DNA of 63,829 nucleotides, the filler included, from Octopus bimaculoides (taxonomy: Eukaryota): NCBI RefSeq assembly GCF_001194135.2. It is 7 parts of 6 records of this genome, joined end to end, with 100 filler letters (N's around TTAATTAATTAA, not from the genome) between each part and the next. Parts side by side here need not be neighbours in the genome. Positions count along the whole stretch, not along the records: positions 1 to 5,677 come from NC_068984.1; positions 5,778 to 15,775 come from NC_068983.1; 5 more parts are not named here. One strand, given 5' to 3'. The notes beneath the pieces were generated by a model. That model did no database searches, had not been told where the DNA came from, and saw only the letters and a list, made by a program, of their open reading frames with translations. Positions 1 to 12,042 of the stretch are shown piece by piece. Every line of letters begins with the position of its first letter. Within the stretch, counting starts at the first letter, position 1. Both the position numbers and the translations under genes were made by a program.

Positions 1-85
1 AATAAGTACCAGTCGAGCATTGGAATCGATGAAACTGACTTCCCCTCCTTGAAAAATTTTAGTCCATGTGCGACAGTTGAAAGAA
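1..85 (+). mobile_element. 3' part of tRNA-derived SINE (family A in this report; Octopus OK/OR-type, naming unverified)
   Basis: AATAAGTACCAGT...GGAATCGATGAAACTGACT matches the 3' half of fuller copies at 10881-11290 and 51145-51356. Confidence 0.7.
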
Positions 86-699
86 TTTTTTTGGTAGTTG
101 CGGGAATCGATTTCAGACATGTTTGAATTTTATGATGACTCTGTTAGTAAAACAACTCCACCCTTTTTACCAATACAGTGAAGAAAGAATTCCCAAGAAA
201 ATATGCAAGAATCTGTATTGGTTAGCACAAAAATACACGTTTAAAGATAACCATCCACATAAAAAAAGTCGGCCCCCTTACTAGCCAATGTAATTAAAAC
301 AATATTAGTCAATGACTAATATACCTTTTCCTCACAGCATAATTATCTTTGGCTAGTTCTTAAATTCTTTACATTAACCCTTTGCCTATCATAGGAGTCA
401 GCAGTGATTCTCCATACTATATTCTTAATATAGTATGGGAGTTACCGGCGACTCACAATGATGAAGTACTCTTTTTTTTTATGGAGCTTCACATTACAGT
501 GGGTCAAACGACATTATTCGAATTTTAGGAAATGCACAGAACACATGTTTTTTGGGGGTTTTTTTTTGTATTTCTTGGAGGAATTCTATTTTGAATCAAT
601 AAAAACTGATATAGAACCTGGCAAGAAGGTCGCAACTCACTGTCACCTCCATTATTAGAGCGCTGCCCTCCACATAATTGTAGCAAGGCTTAGAATCAA

Positions 700-3110
700 A
701 ACCTCACAGGTTCAGTAACTCGGATCAGTGAACATTTAGATCAGGCGACGTACCCTGAATATTGAGCAGTCAGCTTGCAGAAACTGATAAGCTTCAGCTA
801 AAAGCTGTCAGTGAGAAACATTGACATCAGAGAAGAATAACCGAAAGAAAAACAATAAACAAAAAATTTAACCGGTTCCAGGCATCAGTGTACAGAGACA
901 TGAGAGGAGAAGCAGTAAATATCACAGAAGCTCCTGCTGGAGGAAAATCTGGAGCAAAGAGATGGAATTTAACTGAGATACTCTGTGGCTGGAAGAAATT
1001 CGAAGCAATTACTGTCCTTACATTCCACCCAAACCATACAGAAAAATACCCTTGTGGCTGTAATCCAGAAACTTCAAGATGGAAAAGCATCTGAAAGAGA
1101 TTTGATTATTGGATACTGGTACAAGAAGCTAATCTTCTATCGACCATATCTTATCAACCTATATCAGCAAACTCTCAAAGGGAATAGTAGCATACCAGAC
1201 TGGTTAGCTCTAGCAGGGACAAAACTGATCTCCAAAAGCAGAACCACCCATATGACAAAAAACTACCGAACTTAATGCCAGAACTTAATGTATAAAATAT
1301 ATACAGCATCTTTAGATCTCTTTCTCCAAGACCATTGTGAAAATAAAAATATCATCACAGCAGAACAAGCAGCTGGGAAGAAGGGAGTCTGGGAATGTAC
1401 CGAACAATTGTTGATAAACAAAACTGTAACGTCAGAGGAGTGGGTGCATAGGAGGAACCTAGTTTCAATATGGCTGGACAACAAGAAAGCCTTTGATTCT
1501 GTTCCCCAGTCATGGATGCTAGAAGCCCTTCGACTGGTTAAAGTTCCAGTGAGCATAGTCAAAGTCATAGCTGACTTGATTTCATCGTTGGCCACAGCCT
1601 TGAAGTTAAATACAAGGCGTGATTGTATTATCACCAATAAAATATAATATCGCAGAGGTATATTCCAAGAGGACAGCCTCTCTGTGATGCTGTTTCTACT
1701 TTCACTTTCTGTAAATCACTTGTCATTCATGTTAAGGAAGTTTGATTGGTATCTGGCTGGTTCAGAAGGTAACAAAAATACCAAAATTACACACTGCTTC
1801 TTTGTGGATGACTTGAAACTGTATGCCAAGAATATTCATGAGATGAAAAAGAGCTTTGACCTGGTTTCAACATTCCCAAAGGATATAGGGTTAGAGTTTG
1901 GTCCTGATAAATGTTGTTATATAGTTGTAAAAAGAGGTAAAACTGTAAACCAGACTAACAGCATCTCTATCAATAACTTAACTGTTTCCCCTTTATTTGA
2001 GGAGGAATGTTACAGGTAATTAGGGTTAAATGAAAACCACTAGCGTAGCTGGGTTGGGGAGGTCCGCCCTGGATGGCACTTATGTGTCTGCCGTAGGTAA
2101 TATGTGTTGTTGTGGGGTCCGGGGGCAGCAAACAGAAGGGCCTCCTCGAGCAGCACACACTCTAGCTACGCTAGTGATGGAAACATATCTTACGATGGTA
2201 CCCGTAACAAAACACGTGACACTATAGAGTATTACAGCCAAATAAAGAAAGTATGGATCTCATAATTCTTTGCATTCAATAAAACAGTAGCCAACAATGT
2301 GCTTTCAGTACTAGTACTCACACCAACATTTGGGCTACTTGATTGGATGCTTGATGAGATCCAAGCTACTGATCTAACCAGCACACAATTTCCACATCAA
2401 CCTAGAACGAAAACAAGGGAGACAGACTGCCTTTGAGTGTTATATCATATCTCTTCCGAAACATCTATTAACCACCAAGTATCGAAGCATATCCCTTGAC
2501 CAAATTTGCATATACAAGACAGATAACATCATGAGACTTGGAAAGTAGCTCCCTGAGCAGCATTCCTTATCTGATAAACTTGAGTACATGCCCAAAGAAG
2601 TCGCACGAATCTACCGCAACCTATCATCAGATGAAAGAATGAGCATATATCAGCAGATCATACATATGTTAGTTGAAAGCTCCAGGATGATACTAACATT
2701 GATAATCAAAGCAGTCTATCTTGGACCGACAACCGGATTGTTAAGTCCCACTTTGAAGGGTATGCGTTTGCAATCCAGGAGCAGGAAATATCAACCTGAC
2801 GCACAAAAGGGACTGAGACGCAGGCAGAATACCAAAATATGATAACCGATGCAGACTTTGGGGAGTTGATAACGAAGATATCCACATCATAAGCAGTTGT
2901 CCGAAAATATTATCGCAGTATTATCTGTCGATGCGACATGATCTTTTGGCTAAGGCATTGTATAATGAGATCCGTACGAAGGATAAATCCGATGCCAAAG
3001 AAATAAGAACCCACAATATGGTAAAGGTAATAACCACTCATAATAAGGAGTACTGCTGGGATGTCCAAGTGAAAAACCACAATAAAATATAAACGTAATA
3101 GACCTTTGGT
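700..3110 (+). mobile_element. Decayed non-LTR retrotransposon, R4/Dong/NeSL-like (RT + CCHC knuckle + start of RLE endonuclease)
   Basis: Frameshifted ORFs give LIIGYWYKKL, NYRT..MYKIYT, WLDNKKAFDSVPQSW, IFQEDSLS, HCFFVDDLKLYAK, DIGLEFGPDKC. From 2850: CRLWG..EDIHIISSCPK..YL.MRHD..AKALY..EYCWDVQVK, truncated near NRP. Multiple stops and frameshifts. Confidence 0.9.
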
Positions 3111-3119
3111 GTCGGAAGT

Positions 3120-4780
3120 TAAGGCTGACACGGTTGACTGAACATGTCCAAACAATCAATGCTCGAATGTTTTTTGTCAAGTGTTTAAAGAGAATGAACA
3201 CATGATTAAACTTATAACCTTTTGTACGTTTCTCGCTACGTCCGTGCGTTAGTGTCACGTGACAGTATATTTTGCGCCTAAAAAGAAGGCCGACACGGTT
3301 GAGTGAACATATTTAGTTATAACCAAGGCACTCCAAATTTAATCTGTTTGGTGGGAGGAATCGTTTGCATATAGTCCAGTGGCTAAAGTTTAGGTTGTTA
3401 GCTGTGTAGCTTCCTCATGATAGGTGGCAGAATAAGTTTTGAGTGAATAGTTATTTGTATATGTACCCTGTTAAAGTTTGTTAAGTCTTGGCTTGTACTT
3501 TTGTGTGAAAGTATTTTCTTTGTCCGTGCTTAATCTGTGGTATTCAATGAACAAAGGTAGAGTGGGAAGACCTGGAATTTGAGGAACTTATTTTTTGCAC
3601 ATATGTCAATGTGTCCACTCAGTAAAATCTGTCTAGTACTGGGGTCTCGTATTTATTGTTGGTGAATGGTCAGTCTGTTACTTTGAGTAATCTTTGTTTA
3701 ACCTATGTAATCTTCATTACATCCTTGACTTTTGATAGCGTATATTAAATTCCTTGAAGAACATGTAAAGCGATTTTTTACGGTAAAAATCTATTTTGAT
3801 TTGAATTTGTATGTTGTGTCTTTAATAAAGGTTAATGCAGGTCCCGCAGTTAGGGCGGCCACAGTTCTTAATTGTGGAAGATAATTTAGCACTTGTGAGG
3901 AATTTTTGAAGGACTTTGATTGACTTTTACTTTTGATTATTTTGTGTATTTCGAATGCTTGTTTCATTCTTGGGCTTTGTTTTAGTAGTAGGATGTTCTG
4001 GTGGATAATATTGCAAACCTTTGTGTTTCTTGGGTTGCGTGTTGTAATAAAGGGTAGAGTTTTTCGTAGTTCTTCGATATTTATTGCTTTGGTACGTTCT
4101 ATTCCGTTGTCTGTTAACATTAATGGATGATATTGTCTTTTAAGTAGTACGTATTCTAGTTTTTGGAGTATTTTATTGCGAGTTTCAGAGTTTGAGACAA
4201 TTGTGCAGATTCTTCCTACTAGATTAAAGGGGATATTATTCTTCGTGTGTTTGGATTGGCATGAGGAGAATAGTAAGTATTGTTTAGGATCTGTTTGTTT
4301 GTAGTGAATATTTGTTTCAATGTTTTTATCTCTTTTGATGATTAATATATCCAGCAATGGTAGTCGAGTTTTCCTGCATTCCCTGGTAAAGTTAATAATA
4401 TTGTTTATGCTGTTGATTAGATTTTTGAAATCTATAAGTTGTTCAAAAGTGTGCGTCCATAGGATTAGGCAGTCATCTAAGTAACGTTTCCAGTTTTCTA
4501 GTAGATATTTGTGGAAGTTCAAGCCATATATTAATTTAGATTGTCCATATATCTGGACTGTCATGTATGCCATGACTAGATTGGCGTAAGTCAGAGCAAC
4601 ATTTGTTTCCATCGCAGTCCCAGATATTTGTAAATATTCATGGAAATAAAAAAAATTGGTTTTCGAGGATAAACTTTTATTCTTCAGTGATGAAACTCTT
4701 TTCAATTCTGTCTGGAATTTCATGAACTCCCTATAAAAATAGGGCAAGCTTCAAACATTAGTCAAAAGCAAGACAGCTGC
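3120..4780 (-). mobile_element. Penelope-like element (RT + GIY-YIG endonuclease), 5'-truncated and decayed
   Basis: ORF 3791-4747 has RYLDDCLILW, FTRE..LPLLDILI, HYKQTDPKQYLLFSSC..HTKNNIPFNL. Downstream frame (3790-3471) reads FTCSSRNLIYAIKSQGCNEDYIG*TK...RLTIHQQ*IR (GIY-YIG). 25-bp direct repeat at 3121-3145 and 3286-3310 in the 3' region. Confidence 0.92.
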
Positions 4781-4971
4781 GACATAAGCCACGCCTTTCT
4801 ATTTGAACCTTTTGAAAATCAGTGTAAAGTTTGAAATCGGTTAAAGCTTTAAATATATTTAAAAAATATTTTAACTATTCTCAGTGCATGTTCAACTTCT
4901 ATTTTTCCTATATTTCTACCCGCGTGGAATAAAATAACTTTGTTTTATGTGTGTGTGTGCGTGCGTGTATG

Positions 4972-5013
<42 letters not shown>

Positions 5014-5023
5014 NNNNNNNNNN

Positions 5024-5058
<35 letters not shown>

Positions 5059-5063
<5 letters not shown>

Positions 5064-5095
5064 CAGAAATACCCGGCGTTGCCCAGGTTAAAGAC
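5059..5095 (+). mobile_element. Possible Helitron/Helentron terminal motif
   Basis: ACTAGCAGAAATACCCGGCGTTGCCCAGGT resembles non-autonomous Helitron termini (CTAG plus short GC hairpin); no other end identified. Confidence 0.35.
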
Positions 5096-5677
5096 AATAA
5101 TGAAATTTCAAAACGCCCTCTAGATTACGCAGGCCTCAACTGCTAGAAGCTGAAATACCAACTTTCTACATTAATAACTTTCCAACCCAAGCCAGCATAG
5201 AACATAGACGTTAAGTGAAATCTTAAAAGAAATGTTTCAACTCATATATGTACATAAAGTAAATACACGAAATTCAAAAACACATTTTGTGTAGCTTATT
5301 TCGTAACAAAAAATAGTTACAGATCATAAACAATGAAAGGCCAATTTTGGTGATTCATTTGACACAGGTAGTAGATAGCCAATCCGATGATAAATCTGAA
5401 CTTGGATCTTGAAAGTTTGCATGAATCCTGGCTCAGTTAAATCTCTTGTGGCTCCAAATGATGTAATTTGTTGTGCAGCATTGTATTGTATAATTTTATT
5501 TTGGAAGTGCTTGAAATCTTGGTCAGTTGATGATAACAGTTTCTTTAATGGATCTGGAGGTGAAACGAAGGCATTTTTCTTCTTCTTTCTTTACATATTT
5601 TCAACTCATAATTTTACCACGTGCTGTTTACTGAATCTCCAGTATTTTTGCTCCTTACATATTTTTATATATATATA

Positions 5678-5777
5678 NNNNNNNNNNNNNNNNNNNNNNN
5701 NNNNNNNNNNNNNNNNNNNNNTTAATTAATTAANNNNNNNNNNNNNNNNNNNNNNNNNNNNNNNNNNNNNNNNNNNN
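5678..5777. other. Assembly spacer N44-TTAATTAATTAA-N44 (scaffold join)
   Basis: The same 12-mer (stops in all six frames) flanked by N runs occurs at 5722, 15820, 28851, 43843, 58533 and 62189. Confidence 0.97.
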
Positions 5778-5820
5778 TACATATATACATATACATTATA
5801 TATATATATATAATTATATG

Positions 5821-5851
<31 letters not shown>

Positions 5852-6386
5852 ATACATTTATATGTATCAATATATACACATACATACATACAAATGAAAA
5901 CAATATATATATATATTATTAATTTTTTGTCCTTTATTTATTTCTTTCCTGCTCTCTTTCCCTAGTTCCTTCGCTCCTCTCTTTTATTTATCATTTAATA
6001 AAATCCTTCCCCCACTCCACATCCATTCTAAATCTGGATTTCAACTTGTCATGGCCTCGCTTTTCATCATTTGAAACTGTGCGATTGTATTAAAGATAAA
6101 CTATACACAAACCTGATTAGTTTGTATTAAAAAGCTTTATGTACGTCACCTTTATAAAGGTCCAAACACTTGTGTTGTTGTCGTTTATTTCTTTCTTTTT
6201 TATTTTTATATTTGCTCTTGTATCTTTATCCTCCGTTTACAGCTGCTATACAAATTGATTTGTAAATTTGTAACTTTGGTACAATCCCCCGTCAATTAAT
6301 TAGGTTATGTCATTCATCGCTTAGGAGATCTGATTAGATTTACATACATCCATATGTATATATTCATACGTACATACATACATGCA

Positions 6387-6424
<38 letters not shown>

Positions 6425-6825
6425 NNNNNNNNNNNNNNNNNNNNNNNNNNNNNNNNNNNNNNNNNNNNNNNNNNNNNNNNNNNNNNNNNNNNNNNNNNNN
6501 NNNNNNNNNNNNNNNNNNNNNNNNNNNNNNNNNNNNNNNNNNNNNNNNNNNNNNNNNNNNNNNNNNNNNNNNNNNNNNNNNNNNNNNNNNNNNNNNNNNN
6601 NNNNNNNNNNNNNNNNNNNNNNNNNNNNNNNNNNNNNNNNNNNNNNNNNNNNNNNNNNNNNNNNNNNNNNNNNNNNNNNNNNNNNNNNNNNNNNNNNNNN
6701 NNNNNNNNNNNNNNNNNNNNNNNNNNNNNNNNNNNNNNNNNNNNNNNNNNNNNNNNNNNNNNNNNNNNNNNNNNNNNNNNNNNNNNNNNNNNNNNNNNNN
6801 NNNNNNNNNNNNNNNNNNNNNNNNN

Positions 6826-6857
<32 letters not shown>

Positions 6858-7104
6858 GATGGATGGATGTATGTATGTATGTATGTATGTATGTATGTAT
6901 GTATGTATGTGTATGTGTATACTTGTGGTTGTGTATGTGTGTGTGTATTTACATATTAGTGGAGCAGAACTACGGATTTACAATATAGAATGGTGTAAAA
7001 ATATAACATCGGAGTCTGCTACAAGAATATGCAGAATTCTTTACTAATCTAAAGAATATTGTTAGCGTGATGTACTATCAGAGAGCTTATAAGCTTGCCG
7101 CCTT

Positions 7105-7165
7105 AATAATAACAACAACAACAACAATACTACTACTAATCATAATAATAATGATAACAATAATG

Positions 7166-7226
<61 letters not shown>

Positions 7227-7252
7227 TAATAATAATAATAATGATGATGATT
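7105..7252. repeat. (AAT)n/(AAC)n microsatellite
   Basis: Direct reading; source of the poly-Ile pseudo-ORFs. Confidence 0.97.
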
Positions 7253-7254
7253 TC

Positions 7255-7915
7255 ATTTATTTGCCACAAAGCCAAAGGATGAGTGGGGCAACAACAACAA
7301 GAACAACAATAATAATAATAATAATTTCTTTATTGGCCACAAGGGCCGAACACGAAGAAATTGGGGCAATACAATACAAGGGACAAGTGGGGTGTTGAAC
7401 AATGCCCTGTATACAACATAAAACAAAAATAATTAACAAAACAATTAAACAATGGTAATAGTTCCCCAAAAGCGAAATACTCTTCACAGGGACAAGGAAA
7501 GAACCCCACACATTCTGGTTGTGTCGACCACCAGATGCACCTCAGCAGATGCACCTCAGCAGGTGCACCCCAGCAGATGCACCTCAGCAGATGCACCCCA
7601 GCAGATGCACCCCAGTAGATGCACCTCAGCAAATGCACCCCAACAGATGCACCTCAGCAGATGCACCCCAGCAGATGCACCTCAGCAGATGCACCTCGGC
7701 AGATGCACCCCAGCAGATGCACCTCAGCAGATGCACCTCAGCAGATGCACCTCTCTACTTCTCAACTCCTCCGGTTTACAAAAGAAAGTTCAGAGTAGGT
7801 CCATTCACACGGGCCATCCTCGCTACATTCACCCACTTTTCAATAAATTTACTGGTGGGGCAGAACTTCCCTCTTTATTCTCACTTTTCTTTTTCAAGTG
7901 GATCTAACGATTCAG
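7255..7915 (-). mobile_element. 3' fragment of L1/Tx1-like LINE (ORF2 C-terminus + 3' UTR)
   Basis: Minus strand reads ..HLKKK.VRIKREVLP..KFIEKWVNVARMARVNGPTLNFLL*, then a UTR ending in (TTG/TTA)n; AAC/AAT repeats on both sides. Clade assigned from recalled C-terminal style. Confidence 0.65.
7532..7753 (+). repeat. 14-bp minisatellite (CAGATGCACCYCAG) x ~16
   Basis: 15 full units plus one 12-nt partial unit counted directly. Confidence 0.98.
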
Positions 7916-7944
7916 CCAAAACAACAACAACATAAACAACAACA

Positions 7945-8150
7945 ATCCTTTGTACTTGAGGAAATTTGTGGGGAGGGGACTAGTCGACTGAATCGCCCCC
8001 AATGTTTCACTAGTACTTAATTTATTGACCCCGAAAGGATGAAAGGCAAAGTCGACCTCGGTGGAATTTGAATTCAGAACGTAACGGCAGACGAAATACC
8101 GCTAATCATTTCGTCCACCGTGCTAGCGATACTACCAGCCCGCCGCCTTA
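7945..8150 (-). mobile_element. SINE family A
   Basis: Reverse complement of the GGCGGTGAGCTGGCAGAATCGTTAGCA...GAGTTCAAATTCCGCCGAGGTCGAC consensus. Confidence 0.9.
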
Positions 8151-8176
8151 CTTAATAATAATAATAACAATAATAC

Positions 8177-8224
<48 letters not shown>

Positions 8225-8227
8225 TAA

Positions 8228-8485
8228 TAATATAGAAAGGATTGAGGTAACTCCTCCTGAAGATATAGAGTCAAAATTAAAAGAAGAGTGCCATTGTTAT
8301 CTTGTGAACGATATTTCGACATCTCGTGTCTCTTCAACGGGTTTAAAAAATGATTTTGTCAATCTACTTAATTTTGATTAATATAGAAAGGATTGAGGTA
8401 ACTCCTCCTGAAGATATAGTTGTACCAGTTGAAGACACACAAGATATCGAAATATCGTTCACTAGATAACAGTGGCACTCTTCTT

Positions 8486-8490
<5 letters not shown>
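8228..8490. repeat. Composite direct + inverted repeat (41-bp direct pair, 67-bp inverted pair) between (AAT)n tracts
   Basis: 8228-8268 = 8379-8419; 8276-8342 is the near reverse complement of 8424-8490. Confidence 0.92.
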
Positions 8491-8554
<64 letters not shown>

Positions 8555-9257
8555 TTGGTAATGGTTTCAAATCAACAAACACCTGTTTATAGCATAATCA
8601 CGGAATAACTTTTGATGCGTTTATGCAATAAAAAGAAACAAAATAAACAATATTACACGCAGCAGATAGAAATTGGAATTCCAAATAAATATCGAAAATG
8701 AAAAAAAGAACAAAAACACCCCAAAAGAATGACAACTACAAAATGGTAGAAGTAGCGACATTGGAGACATCAGAGAAACCTCAAGACTCCATCCACTTCT
8801 TCACCCTCTTCTCAGGGTATTGGCTTACTCCCGACTGCAACCTTCAGACGAATGTAAACCACTGGCCGCCTTATGCACACAATAATCTCAGTAAATTCGC
8901 TTCAAGTTGGCTCCTCCTCCTCCTCCTCCTCCTCCGCCTCCTCCGTCTCCTCCTCGATCTTTCCCCTTGAAGTCAGATCTGAAGAAGCTGATGAGAGTGG
9001 GATGAGAGAACGAGCCTCCAGTTCAATACTCAGCGTCCGCAATGTAATTTCAATCGAAATCGCCACCAGACAGGGAAACGAGATTGCGAGTTGATACATT
9101 GCTAAAATAGGGAAGAAGAAGAAATCTTTTCAAGGGACTTGGCCGGCGGCTGTATAAGTCCCGCATTGGGACAACGGCCGATCGACATAACACTACCTGT
9201 CAGTAATTCTCGTAAGTTGAACAACGAGTACGTGAGGGACGGCTTCGTCGCTGTTCG

Positions 9258-9441
9258 ACAGAGAGAGAGAAGGGTGTGGAGAGAGAGAAAGTGAGAGAGA
9301 GGGAGAGAGAGAGGTGGAGGAGATGAAGAGAGAGAAACAGAGAGAGAAGGCAGACAGACAGACAAAGAAGACACAGAGATAGACAGAGATAGACACAGAG
9401 ATAGACAGAGATAGACAGAGAAAGGGATAGAGAGACAAAAT

Positions 9442-9477
<36 letters not shown>

Positions 9478-9905
9478 AAGAGAGAGAGAGGGGGAGATGG
9501 CGAGAGAGAAAGAGAGAGAAACAGGTTAACAAACACAGACAGAAGACAGAGAGATGGAGAGAGATAGACTTAGAGACAGACAGAGAAAGAGATAGAGAGA
9601 CAATGGCAAAGAGAGAGGGAGGAGAGAGGGGATATAGGAAAAAGAGAGAGGGGAGATGGAGAGAGAGAAAGAGAGAGAGGGAGATGGAGAAGGAAAAAGA
9701 GAGAGAGGGGGAGATGAAGAAAGAGAGAATGATAGGTAGACAGGACAGACAGACAGAAGACAGAGAAATAGACAGGGATACACTTAGAGACAGTCAGGGA
9801 AAGAGATAGAGAGACAAAGGCAAGAGAGAGAGAGAGAGAGAGAGAGGGGGGAAGAAAGACAGAAAGATACAGAGAGACAAAGAGAGAGAAAGATATGGAG
9901 CAGAA
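9258..9905 (+). repeat. GA-rich low-complexity tract
   Basis: (GA)n, (GACA)n and (GATA)n mixture. Confidence 0.95.
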
Positions 9906-10404
9906 GAAAGAGTGTCTTTGGAGTTATGAAATAACTGTTATTGAAGTCGGATAATCTGTCTCAAATCATACCCTGCTATTTATTCTTCTTTTTTTTTTAG
10001 ATAAAGAACACTGGATAATATCGCCATAACATTTTGACCATAGGTTTGTTCACAAAGGTTTGATCTAAGACTAAACAACAACTGTAGCAGCTAATAATGC
10101 TAATAATAGAATGTGATAAACAATATAGAATAAGTTGTATGAGACTTTAACGTCTGCAGTCCATCTGTTCCTTCAGACAATTTGGCAAAGTGCTGCTACA
10201 AAATGGCGTACACCTGAGTGAAATTAACCAACCACACACCCATCGCGGCCCACCACAAACGGTGTAGACTCTTTTGTTGTCACGTTGTACCTCTGGACGG
10301 CCGTCGAACAGATTTTGTGATTTAGTATTTTAGCGCCTCTTCAAACTCTAGCCTCTTTATTCATCGGAAATCTAGAGTTTCTTAACATTGCTTCTTTACT
10401 AATT

Positions 10405-10615
10405 TGTTCCAAATCTTGGCACAAGGCTAGCAATTTCAGGGAAATGGGTAAGTCGATAAATCGATCCAGTGTCCAACTAGTTCTTATTTTAGCGACTCCA
10501 AGAAGATGAAAAGCAAGCACGACCTCGGCAGAATTTGAACTCTGAAAGTTAAGTTGGAAGGAATACCGCTAAGCATTTTGCCCGGCGTGCTAACGATTCT
10601 GCCTGTCCACCATCT
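10405..10615 (-). mobile_element. SINE family A (diverged)
   Basis: Reverse-complement match to family A. Confidence 0.85.
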
Positions 10616-10634
10616 TAGGTTCTCAACTAATATT

Positions 10635-10850
10635 GGTTTCTAACTTTGGAACAAGGCCAGCAATTACGAGAAAGGGCGCATGTCGATTATATTGACTCCA
10701 GTGCTCGACTGGTACTTATTTTATCGAGCTCCGAAAGGATGAAAGACAAAATCAATCCCGGCGGCAACTGATCTCCAAACATAAAGTCGGAAGAAATACC
10801 GCTAAGCACATTCCCAGCGAAATAACGCAGCTCCTGCCAGCTCGCCATCT
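10635..10850 (-). mobile_element. SINE family A (diverged)
   Basis: Reverse-complement match to family A. Confidence 0.85.
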
Positions 10851-10880
10851 AGAGTTCTTCACTAAAATTGACAGGCTGAA

Positions 10881-11299
10881 GGTGGTGAGCTAGCAGAAAC
10901 GTTAGCACGCCGAGCGAAATGCTTAGCAGTATTTCGTCTGTCTTTACGTTCTGAGTTCAAATTCTGCCGAGGTCGACTTTGCCTTTCATCCTGCCGGGGT
11001 CGATAAATTAAGTACCAGTTGCGTGCTGGGGTTGATCTAATCGACTGGCCCCCTCTCCCCCAAACTTCGGGTTTTGTGCCTAAAGCAGAAAAGAAACGTT
11101 AGCACGCCGGGCGAAATGCTTAGCAGTATTTCGTCTGTCTTTACGTTCTGAGTTCAAATTCTGCCGAGGTCGACTTTGCCTTTCATCCTGCCGGGGTCGA
11201 TAAATTAAGTACCAGTTGCATACTGAGGTCGATCTAATCGACTGCTCCCCAACCTCGCCCCCAAATTTCGGGCCTTGTACCTAGAGTAGAAATGGAAAG
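10881..11299 (+). mobile_element. Head-to-tail SINE A dimer flanked by 18-bp target-site duplication
   Basis: Two near-identical units (10881-11093, 11094-11290); TAAAATTGACAGGCTGAA at 10863-10880 and 11300-11317. Confidence 0.93.
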
Positions 11300-11469
11300 T
11301 AAAATTGACAGGCTGAATACTTAAGAAGATCGTTTCGCAATTGTGAGGCTTCGGGTTCGATCTCACAGCATGTCGTAACAGGGATGAGTTTTTTAGCATA
11401 GCCTCAAATCAATACAAACCTTGAAAGTGAAATTGGCAAGATAGAAATTATGGACGCATATCGAATGAA

Positions 11470-11680
11470 CTGAAGCTGGCGAAGAAGTTTAAGCATCTCG
11501 GGACTGTATTCATGAATGATGGGAGGCAAGAGGCGGAATTGGATGCTAGAATTGCAGGAGTTGGCACAGTAGTGAACCAGCTTTGCATTCGACCCTCAGA
11601 AAAAGAGAGAGGCTGGTTAAAATAACGAAACTCTGATTTCAGTTCGGTTTTTGTGTCTCTCCTCACCTGCGGCTATGAAT
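11470..11680 (+). mobile_element. RTE-clade LINE fragment
   Basis: Translates LKLAKKFKHLGTVFMNDGRQEAELDARIAGVGTVVNQL, typical of the RTE post-RT region (KFKYLG..FTSDGRQ.EELD.RIG). Confidence 0.8.
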
Positions 11681-11714
11681 ATTGAAAATGAGAGAAAGAG
11701 CACGATCGGAAATC

Positions 11715-12042
11715 GTTGGCACTCCGTCGCTTGCGACGTCGAGGGTTCCAGTTGATTGATCCAATCAATGGAACAGCCTGCTCGTGAAATTAACGTCCAA
11801 GTGGCTGAGCTCTCCACAGGCATGCATATCCATAAAGTAGTTCTCAAGGAGATTTAGCACGACACAGAGTATGGAAAAGCTGACCTTTTGAAATACAGGC
11901 AATATTCATTTTTGCCAGCTGAATGAGCTGGTACGATGTGAAATAAAGTGTCTTGCTCAAGGAAACAACGTGTCGCCAGGAATCGAACTCACAACCTTAC
12001 GATAGCAAGACGAATACTCTAACCACTAAGCCACGGGCCTTC
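11715..12042 (-). mobile_element. tRNA-derived SINE family B, variant with Deu/Nin-like core
   Basis: tRNA-like head (GGCCCGTGGCTTAGTGG..GTTCGATTCC), core AAAGTGTCTTGCTCAAGGAAACAAC, tail shared with 19294-19708. Confidence 0.85.

Noticed and set aside
7519-7935. Repetitive ORFs (DAPQQMHLSRCT..) and CRISPR-like periodicity
   Set aside because: Translation of a 14-bp minisatellite with no unique spacers; not CRISPR and not a credible CDS
10145-10185. Minus-strand CTGAAGG-A-ACAG-atgga-CTG-CAGA-CGTT
   Set aside because: Both core segments deviate from consensus; at best a very old remnant
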